Assembly (NCBI RefSeq): GCF_964355755.1
Contig: NC_092674.1
Span: forward strand, 26,784,001 to 26,848,000
Length of the DNA: 64,000 nucleotides
Direction of reading: 5' to 3'
Source: Antedon mediterranea
Lineage: Eukaryota > Animalia > Echinodermata
In this document: positions 24,901 to 32,600 of the stretch, one piece after another
How the letters are laid out: each line of letters opens with the position of its first letter
Numbering within the stretch: the stretch's first letter is position 1
Made by a program: the position numbers and the translations under genes
Notes under the pieces: generated by a model
Told to the model about the DNA's origin: nothing
The model's input: the letters and a program-made list of their open reading frames with translations, nothing else
Databases searched by the model: none

Positions 24901-25184
24901 CCTATTCAGTGGATACCTCTATTAAGGGGCCACATTGTTGCATCCTGGAAATACCCTCTTAATTAGGTCCTCCTGTATGCAAATTAAAGCTATTAACGCA
25001 TCATTTTCTTCAATGTTTCATTAGTATTTATGTATCTACCAATATTGCCCACACAAATCCTTGCTGAATAGAACATTTATTCTTGTAAACTTACTACTAC
25101 CTGGATGAATGACAATATCCGTACCCGTATTATTGAATTATATTTTTTATTTTTTTTCCATAGGATATTGAAAGGTACCTTTAG
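2673..25184 (+). CDS. KLHL8: Kelch-like protein 8 orthologue (BTB-BACK-6xKelch), spliced, about 633 aa
   Basis: Exons joined with GT-AG and consistent phase: 2673-2698 (tentative first exon MSNMRRARK), 6629-7397, 12057-12252, 13097-13240, 20970-21081, 21422-21606, 22523-22666, 23696-23897, 24107-24209, 25164-25184 (tentative last exon DIERYL*); total 1902 nt. BTB (LCDITLIVG..HRLVLACCSPYFKAM) and BACK domains. The Kelch repeats GGRGATGDPFRSMECY, GGHDGREHLNSMEVFDP, ASLGGPLYAIGGLDD, GGNDG..ERYNPHLNKW, GGFDDSSPL, GKIFAVGGHNGSAYLN and CRAGAGV closely match my recollection of vertebrate KLHL8. An alternative start ATG lies at 6696. Confidence 0.9.
2907..3110. mobile_element. MITE family A (Harbinger/Tourist-like), TIR AGCTCTGTCTACACTATCAAACT
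   Basis: Roughly 140-230 bp TIR elements. Other copies at 4281-4420, 8583-8724, 36353-36515, 36617-36781, 36883-37001 (partial), 41671-41797, 42927-43061, 46075-46302, 57753-57886, 57935-58094 and 58205-58311, with fragments at about 23489 and 31112. Matching 3-bp TAA or TTA TSDs at 36353, 42927, 46075, 57753 and 57935. Confidence 0.85.
6629..7397 (+). CDS. KLHL8: KLHL8 exon encoding the BTB/POZ and BACK domains
   Basis: Core of ORF 6552..7406; acceptor tttttag at 6628 and donor AAG|gtaagt at 7397. Confidence 0.92.
7485..7790. repeat. 17-bp minisatellite CAGTACTTATTC(A/T)ACTG
   Basis: Directly visible tandem array that degenerates to about 21-bp units at the right. Confidence 0.9.
13460..13631 (+). 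repeat. DIRS left inverted terminal repeat
   Basis: 13474-13631 (158 bp) is the reverse complement of 18755-18912; ORF-track peptides 13414+ and 18694- share the identical stretch LLTWINPTIALF...VLPSSFL. The outer 14 bp match imperfectly. Confidence 0.95.
14035..15627 (+). CDS. DIRS ORF1, Gag-like protein (530 aa)
   Basis: ATG-initiated ORF upstream of RT. N-terminal Cys/His cluster CIQC..DRHMRCVSCRTCSQSDPCEV as seen in DIRS1-like Gag, a Pro/Ala-rich linker and an Arg-rich basic C-terminus. Confidence 0.85.
   Translation: MPKQECIQCRGPRATLKWDRHMRCVSCRTCSQSDPCEVRVRWTPAKFASLPRPAGRVIEQKAVAIAPQEEGATAMDVPAENVPREEVPVVLAAPAHEPEAGSAPVPAADTELSPAVIQATAAAVRAAPRDEPAVFPQPRPPYIPYIPVPPPQTPLSYSEGPSMEEGYTSDRTMLTISDEERAAQLRRPGEEGLQALVNKILPAVLEYLGIEYAFREPKPTPSTKRFSTFGVRTPLRKVTTCPVVPLDPELVDRVDAIARETSTRRPAPNILSCAFPVPRAQFDRYIAAPGVPDAAKDRVREDQGLEAGKTTYLAPTAAKTEDTLLTIDRAARETLRVTSVSGYLLSFLADPDHPREFDTEVIALLQQITGLIADQQAFVSLTSAAARRVNVLQSTDIAPAHYRRFTASESLGAKDLFFGSFAQKEDKWAREREARRETRARFPQKRRASRGRSGPSRPPPPLPAPVPPQSRPQPSNVPPARPDTQASTSRARTPYGNNSYRYGRTARGRAGRSDATQKSGRRPGAFARRR
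15197..17389 (+). CDS. DIRS ORF2: reverse transcriptase, RNase H and Dam-like N6-adenine methyltransferase domain (interrupted by TGA at 17387; homologous frame continues to 17638)
   Basis: RT motifs RPILNL, IDLKDAYFHVPI, LPFGLSTAPRVF, YLDDWL; RNase H ETDASETGWG, HINLLELWAV, SDNSTVVAYINRQGG, NVVADALSR; methyltransferase-like IDLFAT, DALSIHW, YAFPP. First in-frame ATGs are at 15461 and 15539. Confidence 0.95.
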   Translation: MSTYYKVLISRQRIIAGSRLLSPSGLRTCFLVVSPKRRTNGRARGRPVGKRALVSHRSVGLAAAARARPGHLPLSQLRYRRSRDRSRRMSHRRGLTRRLLHLARAPHTATTATDMAGLHEAGPDGLTLPKRVVGVRVRLRAAGDAFDAPVPPSDGQVGGRLRRFARVWETLSEDRWVLSTIKNGYSIEFTSPPVSGGARSTRIPPEPHMRRALLDGLSTLLQKGAVEEIDARCTVSGHESTVFLTEKKTGDWRPILNLRSLNKRFIHPQRFRMETISSILLGLKHGDWAASIDLKDAYFHVPIAEADQRWLRFRILDRLYQFVALPFGLSTAPRVFTRIVRTLASFFHKHGIRVFMYLDDWLVVAQSKDRLMSSLQYVLLVTEQAGFIVNREKSCLVPTQSPLYLGAQINLVTGLASPSQQRIASAMSAVRNLISAHAPTAYEWLRALGCLASFVALVPYCRLRMRPLQLHLLAHYRPHLDSLHKVVLSNTFIQTHLEWWLVEGRLTVGMPIQKSLPDVRIETDASETGWGGCSKALRASGLWTAEEARSHINLLELWAVERTLKALRHHVAGRHVLIHSDNSTVVAYINRQGGTKSPTLCYHLWTLMLWCIDNNIMLSAAHIAGSLNVVADALSRQTLCPTEWRLLPSIAALIFDHFGRPHIDLFATSDNTQLPTFCTRFRDARAWAVDALSIHWDGLWAYAFPPISLIPNVLTRIQRHPCRVLLIAPG
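15697..18555 (+). CDS. DIRS ORF3: tyrosine recombinase (core from about 17527) with a long N-terminal frame overlapping ORF2
   Basis: Binding domain SRRESTLTVYNSRLKHFFTWC..RTISGYRSAI; catalytic residues in LASCKRRGELHAL (R), AKTQ (K), HQVR (HxxR), AAWW and FTSHYL (Y). Confidence 0.93.
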   Translation: MGDPVGGQVGSLHNQERLFHRIHEPPGERGRSVDEDSSRATHETCAPGRPLHPAPKRSSGGNRRSMYRLRARVHRLLNRKKDRRLATHPKFKESKQAVHSSPEVSDGDNLIHPTGFKTWRLGSLDRPERCLLSRSYRRGRSTLATFQNPRPSVPIRRPAVRPIDGSARVYTHSQNAGVVLPQTWHKSVHVPRRLVGRGPVQGQTDEQSTICPSGNGTGRFHCQSGEVVPGADTIPVVPRSTDKSRYGLGISIPTTHRVCNECSTQSNICSCSDGLRMAQSTGLSGQLRCLSSVLPAAYETFTAASAGSLPTALRLPTQSGPVEYIHSDASRMVAGGRQVDCGNANSKISAGRPYRDGRFRDRLGRLLQGTSRLRPLDGRGGAIPHQPPRTLGSRKDLEGPSTSRGRSSRPYPFRQLNSGSIYKSSRRHEVPDVMLPPVDTDVVVHRQQHHALGCPHCGQPQCCCGRSVPTNTMSYGMAPSTQHRRTDIRPLRAASHRSVCDVRQHAAPDLLHTVPGCTCVGGGCPVHTLGRTMGVCIPTNITDSKCSDAHSAPSLPGPPDRPGLSSTSVVSTASRPALRSSPASSRSRGSADAGPSSVPIAELTIPAPDCMAIVRDQLRDSGIPDGPAALAAKSRRESTLTVYNSRLKHFFTWCRRQQVEPGSITLGQVCAFLHYLFESGLQVRTISGYRSAIGAITPTLKDGSSISASPVITQLIRGMFRERPPVKVLIPRWDVNVVLAALTRPPFEPMSKATLYNVSLKTAFLLALASCKRRGELHALSLEPGHVRFERAGVRLVFRKDFLAKTQTLKFSPPAVFVPTITSFSSADGDKLWCPVRALKWYIHRTKTIRDGVSHLFVASVPPYRAAAKATIARWVVATIQDAYTSSDTPPPAHMHQVRAVSTSWALFSGVPVADIMEAAWWRTQSTFTSHYLSDISANVAPVATAILKPRL
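18623..18720 (+). repeat. DIRS internal complementary region (ICR)
   Basis: 18623-18666 is the reverse complement of the left terminus 13460-13503, and 18667-18720 is the reverse complement of the right terminus 18895-18948. Together they reproduce the circle junction ...TTTGTGT-A-GTCTATT.... Confidence 0.93.
18755..18949 (+). repeat. DIRS right ITR plus right extension
   Basis: 18755-18912 is identical (inverted) to the left ITR, 18913-18924 matches imperfectly, and 18925-18948 is a unique extension mirrored only in the ICR. Confidence 0.93.
18951..20271 (+). mobile_element. Non-autonomous Helitron-like element (about 1.32 kb)
   Basis: Starts A|TCTATATATAAAATTTAC and ends with a GCGAAGC-containing hairpin and CTAG|T at 20268-20272. 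Lies between A and T with no TSD and no coding capacity. Confidence 0.72.
21107..21249. mobile_element. MITE family C (CAGT...ACTG ends, Tc1/pogo-like) carrying CCCCTTAATAG / CTATTAAGGGGACAC motifs
   Basis: Starts CAGTAGAACC and ends TCCACTG-TA. Related fragments at about 4070-4278, 11830-11890, 12615-12925, 24890-24978, 30638-30727 and 52110-52175. Confidence 0.5.
21618..22462. repeat. 22-bp minisatellite ACACCTGTATTTTATGCA(A/T)ATT, split by an insertion of about 550 bp
   Basis: Arrays at 21618-21745 and about 22290-22462 flank a segment with (TTC)n, (ATT)n and poly-T tracts. Confidence 0.75.
22741..23267. repeat. Long inverted repeat (fold-back element) in a KLHL8 intron
   Basis: Arms 22741-22918 and 23082-23267; the inner 58 bp (22861-22918 / 23082-23139) are perfectly complementary. 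The central part recurs inverted at about 47500-47722 and as a fragment at about 23542-23586. Confidence 0.85.
24232..24860. repeat. 85-bp tandem repeat, about 7 copies
   Basis: ACACCCCTAT recurs at 24311, 24396, 24481, 24566, 24651 and 24736. Confidence 0.92.
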
Positions 25185-25519
25185 TGTAACTGAACTACCA
25201 ACAAACCTTCAAGCCATGGTGCCTCAGTGATGCAACCAAATCAGAGACTGTTTTTGTTTCGTTGGATCTGATGAAAATATTTCTGAGAGAGAAGTCACGA
25301 TTTTCCTTGTAAACAAAGAGTCTTACTACACATTGCATTCTACTAACCTAACAATGATACCAGTGGTCAGTGGTATCTTATGGTACTGGTATTGAAATTA
25401 TACCATATACTACCAACACCAACATTGTGGTGTATACTTAAGATCCCAGACTACCAGGATCCACTTAAGTCAATATATATTGAATTCATTCAATTTGGTG
25501 GTATTCAACTCAACTTTAA

Positions 25520-25818
25520 AGATATATTGTCTCCTTAAAAAAATAAATTGTTTTTAATTTAAATTTGATCGAAAAAAATATATATATTTATCTGAAAAAA
25601 CTCTAATTTAAAGCAAAAAATAGTCGAATTGCCTGGAAGTCAATGGGTTTTTGGTTGAATTTAACAGTTTATTTTTTTCTTTTTATAAGTGAAGACATTT
25701 TTTTTTCTTTCTACAGAAGTGATTAACTTTATATTATGAAAACTGCGAAATGGCCTAATAAAAAAAAAATTTTTTTTTATCAATCTTCATTTTTCATGTT
25801 TTTGGGGACAATACATCT
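25520..25818. mobile_element. Non-autonomous TIR element with TTAA TSD (Kolobok-like AG termini)
   Basis: TTAA|AGATATATTGTCTCC ... GGGGACAATACATCT|TTAA. Confidence 0.6.
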
Positions 25819-26607
25819 TTAAAAGAAAAGAAGTGTTTTCCTTAATGGTGAATATGACCACTGGCCATCACTAAGATTTTTTGGTGCAAAATGTGTGACC
25901 AAGTTTTGACTCGCCTTTCCAAAAGTGGCTTTTTAAAATTTGAATATATTTTATATAAAACTTGCGTACAGTGACCGATTGTTCTGTATAACGCCAAGTC
26001 ACTGTCTACTTAGTAGCTATGTATTTACAGTGTCCCATGCTGCATAGTCATTTAGTGAAAATAACTGTTACATAATACATTTTGTTTTTCAAAAAACACT
26101 CGTAACACTACGTAATTGAAATTTTTGTCATAAAAAAAGAAATAAATGTTCCCTTTATTTTTGAAAAAATATTTGACAAATTATGTAATTTGAATTGTTT
26201 TTTTGGTATAATCTTTGCAATAATTAATTATTACCGCCCTTCTATGTCATTCCAAAGGTTGCCAGGTTAGGTTCATATTCCGTCAATTTTTTACAAATTT
26301 TACAAATAACAGTTTATTATATTTTCTGTAGATATGGGTTCTGCTTTAAATGTTGAGTTTTATTGTTGGTTTTTTTATGACTTTTAAACATTGTTTGATG
26401 TTTTTGGCATTCATGTTTTTGATTTTTAAATTACTGAATGAATAATATATGTATAATATTCTATTAGTGTAGACCTTTCTTTTTCCTGTGGCAATATTTG
26501 GTTTTAACTTTGTTTTAAGTAACTGCCTTTAATTAATTTGGCAGTGTTTATTGGAAACGAACAAATGTTAGTGGCTTTTATAATGATATATTATAAATAA
26601 AAGAAAC

Positions 26608-27302
26608 ACTGATAGGAGTGTCCCCTGATAGGAGTATCCCCTGATAGGAGTGTCCCCTGATAGGAGTGTCCCCTGATAGGAGTGTCCCCTGATAGGAGTG
26701 TCCCCTGATAGGAGTGTCCACTGATAGGAGTGTCCCCTGATAGGAGTGTCCCCTGATAGGAGTGTCCCCTGATAGGAGTGTCCACTGATAGGAGTGTCCC
26801 CTGATAGGAGTGTCCACTGATAGGAGTGTCCACTGATAAGAGTATCCCCTGATAAGAGTATCCCCTGATAAGAGTATCCCCTGATAGGAGTGTCCCCTGA
26901 TAGGAGTGTCCCCTGATAGGAGTGTCCCCTGATAGGAGTGTCCCCTGATAGGAGTGTCCCCTGATAGGAGTGTCCCCTGATAGGAGTGTCCCCTGATAGG
27001 AGTGTCCACTGATAGGAGTGTCCACTGATAGGAGTGTCCCCTGATAGGAGTGTCCACTGATAGGAGTGTCCACTGATAGGAGTGTCCACTGATAAGAGTA
27101 TCCCCTGATAAGAGTATCCCCTGATAGGAGTGTCCCCTGATAGGAGTGTCCCCTGATAGGAGTGTCCCCTGATAGGAGTGTTTCCTGATAGGAGTGTCCC
27201 CTGACAGGAGTGTCCCCTTACAGGAGTGTCCCCTTACAGGAGTGTCCCCAGATAGGAGTGTCCCCTGACAGGAGTGTCCCCTGACAGGAGTGTCCCCTGA
27301 AT
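26608..27302. repeat. 17-bp minisatellite CTGATAGGAGTGTCC(C/A)C, about 41 copies
   Basis: Directly visible; it produces the repetitive minus-strand ORFs at 26568-27089. Confidence 0.95.
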
Positions 27303-29634
27303 AGATTCATTATTATTTTCAACAGAAAACAATTCTACGGAGTCCACCCGTTAAACCGATGGTGGAACTATAATATAATCTCACGGAGGAGCAACCACAG
27401 TAAAGTGTGTATATACGAAAGAAATAATCTGTTCCTTATTAGGGAATTACTGCAGTATTTAAAGTTACTTCAGCATTTACCGTGACCCTACGAAATTCTA
27501 ATTTGATTTACCCATCCGCCTAGAAAGGGCGTCGCATGTTGAGGTTAAAGGTCAAAATTCATGACTTTCTACTATCGATACAAATTATATTAAATTATAA
27601 AATAAGTAAGCTAAATAAGTAATAAGTATAATAATGAAAAATATTAATTATCAAAACGTCTTTCATAAGTTCGATCTTAATTTATATTAAATAATTTTGC
27701 ACTTTATTTTTATATTTAGATCGAGCAATTGTACAAATTGCGTAATTCCGTTTTACAATATATTGCATTTCAAAACATGAATATAGACAGGTGTTTGTAA
27801 ATACATTAACAAATATATTACATACGTTTTAAATATTTCGAGCTGCCTTTTTTCTTGGAATCATTTCTATAATATCCAATATCAATCAATTCATTGAAAA
27901 CTAAATCGATTTATCGTAAGGTCCGCAAAGTTTCTTGGTATAAAATAATTAACCTAGTTAACCTGGTTAATTAACTAGGTTAAAAACATTGTAAATTCGT
28001 CGTTTTACAATATATTTGAACACATATATGTTACTGATAAACATCTTTTGATTTGGTTTATTTTGGTATCATACATAAAGAACATGGAACCAATTATAGC
28101 TCTCTAAATATGATAACTGGGTTATCTCTATATTATAAGAGAGAACATTTGTTAGTCATTACCTGTCTCTCGATCGATATCACCTTTATTCAATACAGGC
28201 TACATGTTATATGATATGGTTTAGGATTGGAAAATGTCATTAAGCATATTATTATTTTAGTTATGAATATTATTGGTACTTGGAATGTTATATCTAAGCT
28301 CAGTTTTAATTAAAAGATTTTTTAAATATAATAATTTTTGCAAATTGTGCGTTGTAGATACGAGTCTGAAATAAGTTGATATGACCGCGCAACATAACCG
28401 AAATACATCGTGACGAATATGGGTATTTTGCATATCAGACATCTGATTGGTCTATCGTCTATGTCTAAACCACAGTTCCAGCAGGGATCTTGTTTTTATA
28501 TGTTACAGCTTATCGAGTGTGTTTTTCGACTGAGGCGATTTTATCCGATTAAAACAAATAATGACAATTACGTAATGTAATAATAAAAAAACATTAAATG
28601 TACCTTTAAGTGAGTTTAACCCTGGTCTCCACGCAAAGGACGTAAGAGCACGGCAGGTAATCTGACCAATCACAAGCGATGGGATTATTCAAACTGTCGC
28701 TTGTCATTGGTCAACTCACTTGCGTTGCTTTTACGTTGTTGCATCAGTGGTGGAAAACCAAGCTTTATGTAACAACGAAATAATCCGTATGAAACTATAT
28801 ATTTGGCACTACATAACCTTATTTAATGAGTTATTAGTACACTTTACAGTGTAATATTTATTTGTAGCAATAATTCTACACGATGTCTTTTATAATGATG
28901 ATAATCTAATCGATAACCAAGGTTTCTATTTCCGGATTGTATGAGAGAATGAATAGACCGGATATATGTACAGGTGCGTTCTGGCCAAACGTGCGCATTT
29001 CCGCTTCACGTCGTCATGGTCACCATGTGTTAAACGAACGTATGCGACGAAATTAATGTTCCCGTCATAGTCTGAACAAACTTTTAACAAGAATCAGCCA
29101 ATGAAAATCGGCGTTATGGATCACGTGGCGGTCTGTTATGGCGAGGTACGTAGTTTGCGTTTATAGTCGATAATGTTCAAAATCGTCGTCACTCGCAGAT
29201 TTGGAAGCCGTACTCAAAACAACGAAATGCAACAACTGCTTTGTATCTGATTTTTTTTTGTCTTAAATTTTTACGTCGTATAAAATAAGTCTACGTCAGT
29301 TATTTATAGACATACTTACCATCTAAAACGTGAGTTAAGTTTAATTATTTATTTTGGTTTGATTGACATTGTATCATCGCTCTTAGATTCTCGAAAATTG
29401 GTTTTTTTTTTTATTTAACGTGTATATTTGTAGTTATTTGCTAACAATTATTATAATTATCTAATGTAATTAGTTTACATTTTAAACACATTGTCATTCA
29501 TTTTACAATTGTGTGAAGTTTTTCTAATTCTGTGAACAACGCATCGACATGATTTTCGATCCAAAATATACAAGTCTATGCTTTTCTATTTTCTATTAGT
29601 TAAATTGTTTGTTACTTAGGTTGTTCGGGTTGTT

Positions 29635-32600
29635 ATGGGGGAAGCGTCTAGGGTCGTTTCAAGTGTGTGCTTTCTTCTTGCTTTTACACTGTCGGCGGGT
29701 GAGTATCATCAAATGATAGATATCTATATTCTCTGGTATTATACTTTTCTTAATTATGACATTATGATTACTTAAAGTTAAAAAGTTTGGACGATAATTT
29801 GATTTTAATTCACGTCCGAAGTCAACTGCAGAAGTAGGAAATATTTGAAATAATGAGAGTTTAGAATTTGCGAATGTGTAACTTAGCCGTGGAAGTATAA
29901 CTGTGTAGTCCTACATACAATGCGTTTATTTATTTTTTTGTCAAGTAATTATTGTTTCTCTATTTTGTAAATGGTGGTCTCCGCTTGAAGTCTATTTTTA
30001 GACTTATTTTGACCACCATTCACATTTATACTTAATTAATTGGAAGTGGAAAATCAAATAACTGATGAACAAACAAACAATGCGTTCTCGGATCTATCAC
30101 ATTCTTCGATCGTACTATAGGACGTCATCAAATCAATGTCCAGGTGGGACCCTAATTTGCATACATACCTGGTCGATATCCTCGTTGTCACAATCGAAAG
30201 CGCTGAGGCTGCATTAAAGCTTGGTTCCCACTAGGACGCAACGCGTAAGCGCAACGTAACCGAATTGACCAATGACAAGCGACAGTTCGGATAATCCATC
30301 GTTTATAATTGGTCAAGTTACTTACCTTGCAGTGCGTCCTAGTGGGAACCAAGCTTGAGGTTCTAGCTTTCACGTGTTTAGGCCTAATGGTTCTGTATTT
30401 ACATTTAGTTAAAGGTGAATGTAACTCGCCGACGTTGCCACCGAATTCGTGGGAAGGAACGATCCAGAATGCCAACTATGGCGTTGCTGTCTACCAAAAC
30501 GACCAGTCTTGTCGATGGACTATAAATATGTCAAAGGGCAGTCGTGTTAAAATAGAGTTTGTTTCTTTTAAACTTGAAGAACAGTGCTATGATTTCTTGG
30601 AGGTAGGATATTTTGATTGTTTGGAAACTTTTTTTTTACTACACCCAACCCCCTATTCAGAGGAAACTCTATCATAACGGGTCACTTTGTTGGGCCCCGA
30701 AAGTGTCCCCTTAATAGTTCTACTGTTGGTCCCATCCATTGGTCGAAATCACGACCAAAAAGTTGATGATGAACGAAAATTAAGATAAAGATATAAATGT
30801 TTGTGTTTCTAACTGATTTCAGCAGTATCAAGGCAGCAAATACCTTTCCATTTTGTGGTAGAAATGGTTGTGGTGGATTACAGGCGATAGTTAGGTAGTA
30901 TATGCACTGATATTTATGGCTAACATATTTTATATTAGTATTATCTCAAATTATCAGATTTTAGACGAGAATGAAGAAGAAATTGGAAAATTTTGTGGAA
31001 GCGAAATTCCGAACCCAATCGAATCTAGTGGCAGCAGTGTAACTGTACATTTTCAAAGTGATAACACAAATGGTTTTAAAGGATTTCAACTAAATTACAC
31101 AGGTAAAGTAAATCTCTGTCTACACCATCAACTAGTTTTACAAAAAAAAAGTGTGATGTGCCCAAATGTGGTAGTGATATGCCCAAAGATGGATTCTCTT
31201 AAGATTTGTTCCCAGTAGGTCACAACGCTAGGACGCAACGCTAGGACGCAACGAGCACTAGCTTCGTACCCACTCTTGTACGCAACGTAAGAGGGACGTA
31301 AACTTACCGCATGCAAACAATTTGGCCAATCACGACGCGATGATCACCCCCGGACTGCCAATTGTGATTGGTCAACTCACTTGCGTTGTTGCGCCAACAT
31401 TGTTGCGTTGTATCCAAGTGGGAACCAATGAACGCATTGCTCATTTAAATGTTTGTTGTTTGATCTGTAGGGTTATGTAAAGGTATCGAGCTGAATGCTA
31501 CGAATGGGGGTAGCATAGAGAGCCCTTTGTACCCAGATACGCCACCTGGATTATCAATCGCCTGTAATTGGAAACTCATTACTGAAGACGGCTTCAAGAT
31601 TATACTGCAGTACGAACATTATGATGTCAGCTATGACGAATGTAGTAATGACTACTTAAAAGTAAGGTATTTTCAATAATTGTCCTCGTCTGGATCATCC
31701 TCGTCATTTATTTTATTTGTTCACACAAAAAGGCATACAAAAGGCAAGTTTGAAATATTGCGTCACAGTCTGAAATATTGCGTCCCAGTCTGAAAATATC
31801 GCGTCACAAAATCAAATAAGCAGAAGATACAAACAATTTCAAAATCAATATTTACCAAAAAAGGTAATATAAACATGATTCAATAATTCATATAAAATTA
31901 GAAGTTACAGTAAAAACCTATATTTACTATATCTTATTTGGGAAAAATATCAATTTCACAAATGTTTAAATTATTGCAGTTAATAATTATTATGTATTCA
32001 TCAATATTTTTGTTAATTATTCATGCAGTAAATAACTACACTTATAAACTGAATATCCAATCCCGTTACGAAGAAGAAGTGCATTGCATTTATTTCCTTA
32101 CTTTATCTGTGTTGTTGGGCATAAAACATATCCTTTTTTGCCTTCTGGATCGATAATCCTGTTGTTTGCGTCAATGTTTTTGTCTGAAATCATTTTTGTT
32201 TAGGTCTATGATGGCGCCAATGAGTCGGCAACAATGTTACCGACAACATGCGGCAACAGCAAAGCAGACGACACTTCAACGAGCAACAATCTGATCATTG
32301 ACTATCATGGCGGCGAATACTCTAAGTTTAAACTGAATTACCATGTCGAACGTAAGTAGGCTACATATTATGTCATTTTTAGAACAAGTAAAGAAGTAAA
32401 AACAGCAGAGGAAACATAAGTAGGTTAGAAAAATTAATAATAAACATTAGGCCTAATGTATTATGAATTTACATTTACAGAGATCATGCCTTGCGAATAC
32501 CACCCATGTAAAAATGGAGGAGAATGTACTGACGTCAGTTCCACGGACTTCACGTGCACATGCGCAGCTGGTTATACCGGTGATGTATGCGATGAAGACG

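Noticed and set aside
26568-27089. Three overlapping minus-strand ORFs of 159-173 aa
   Set aside because: Translations of the 17-bp minisatellite, with no splice or homology support.
24232-27302. CRISPR-like appearance of the regular repeats here and at 7485-7790 and 37420-37910
   Set aside because: Units are head-to-tail with no unique spacers, there are no cas genes, and the context is eukaryotic.
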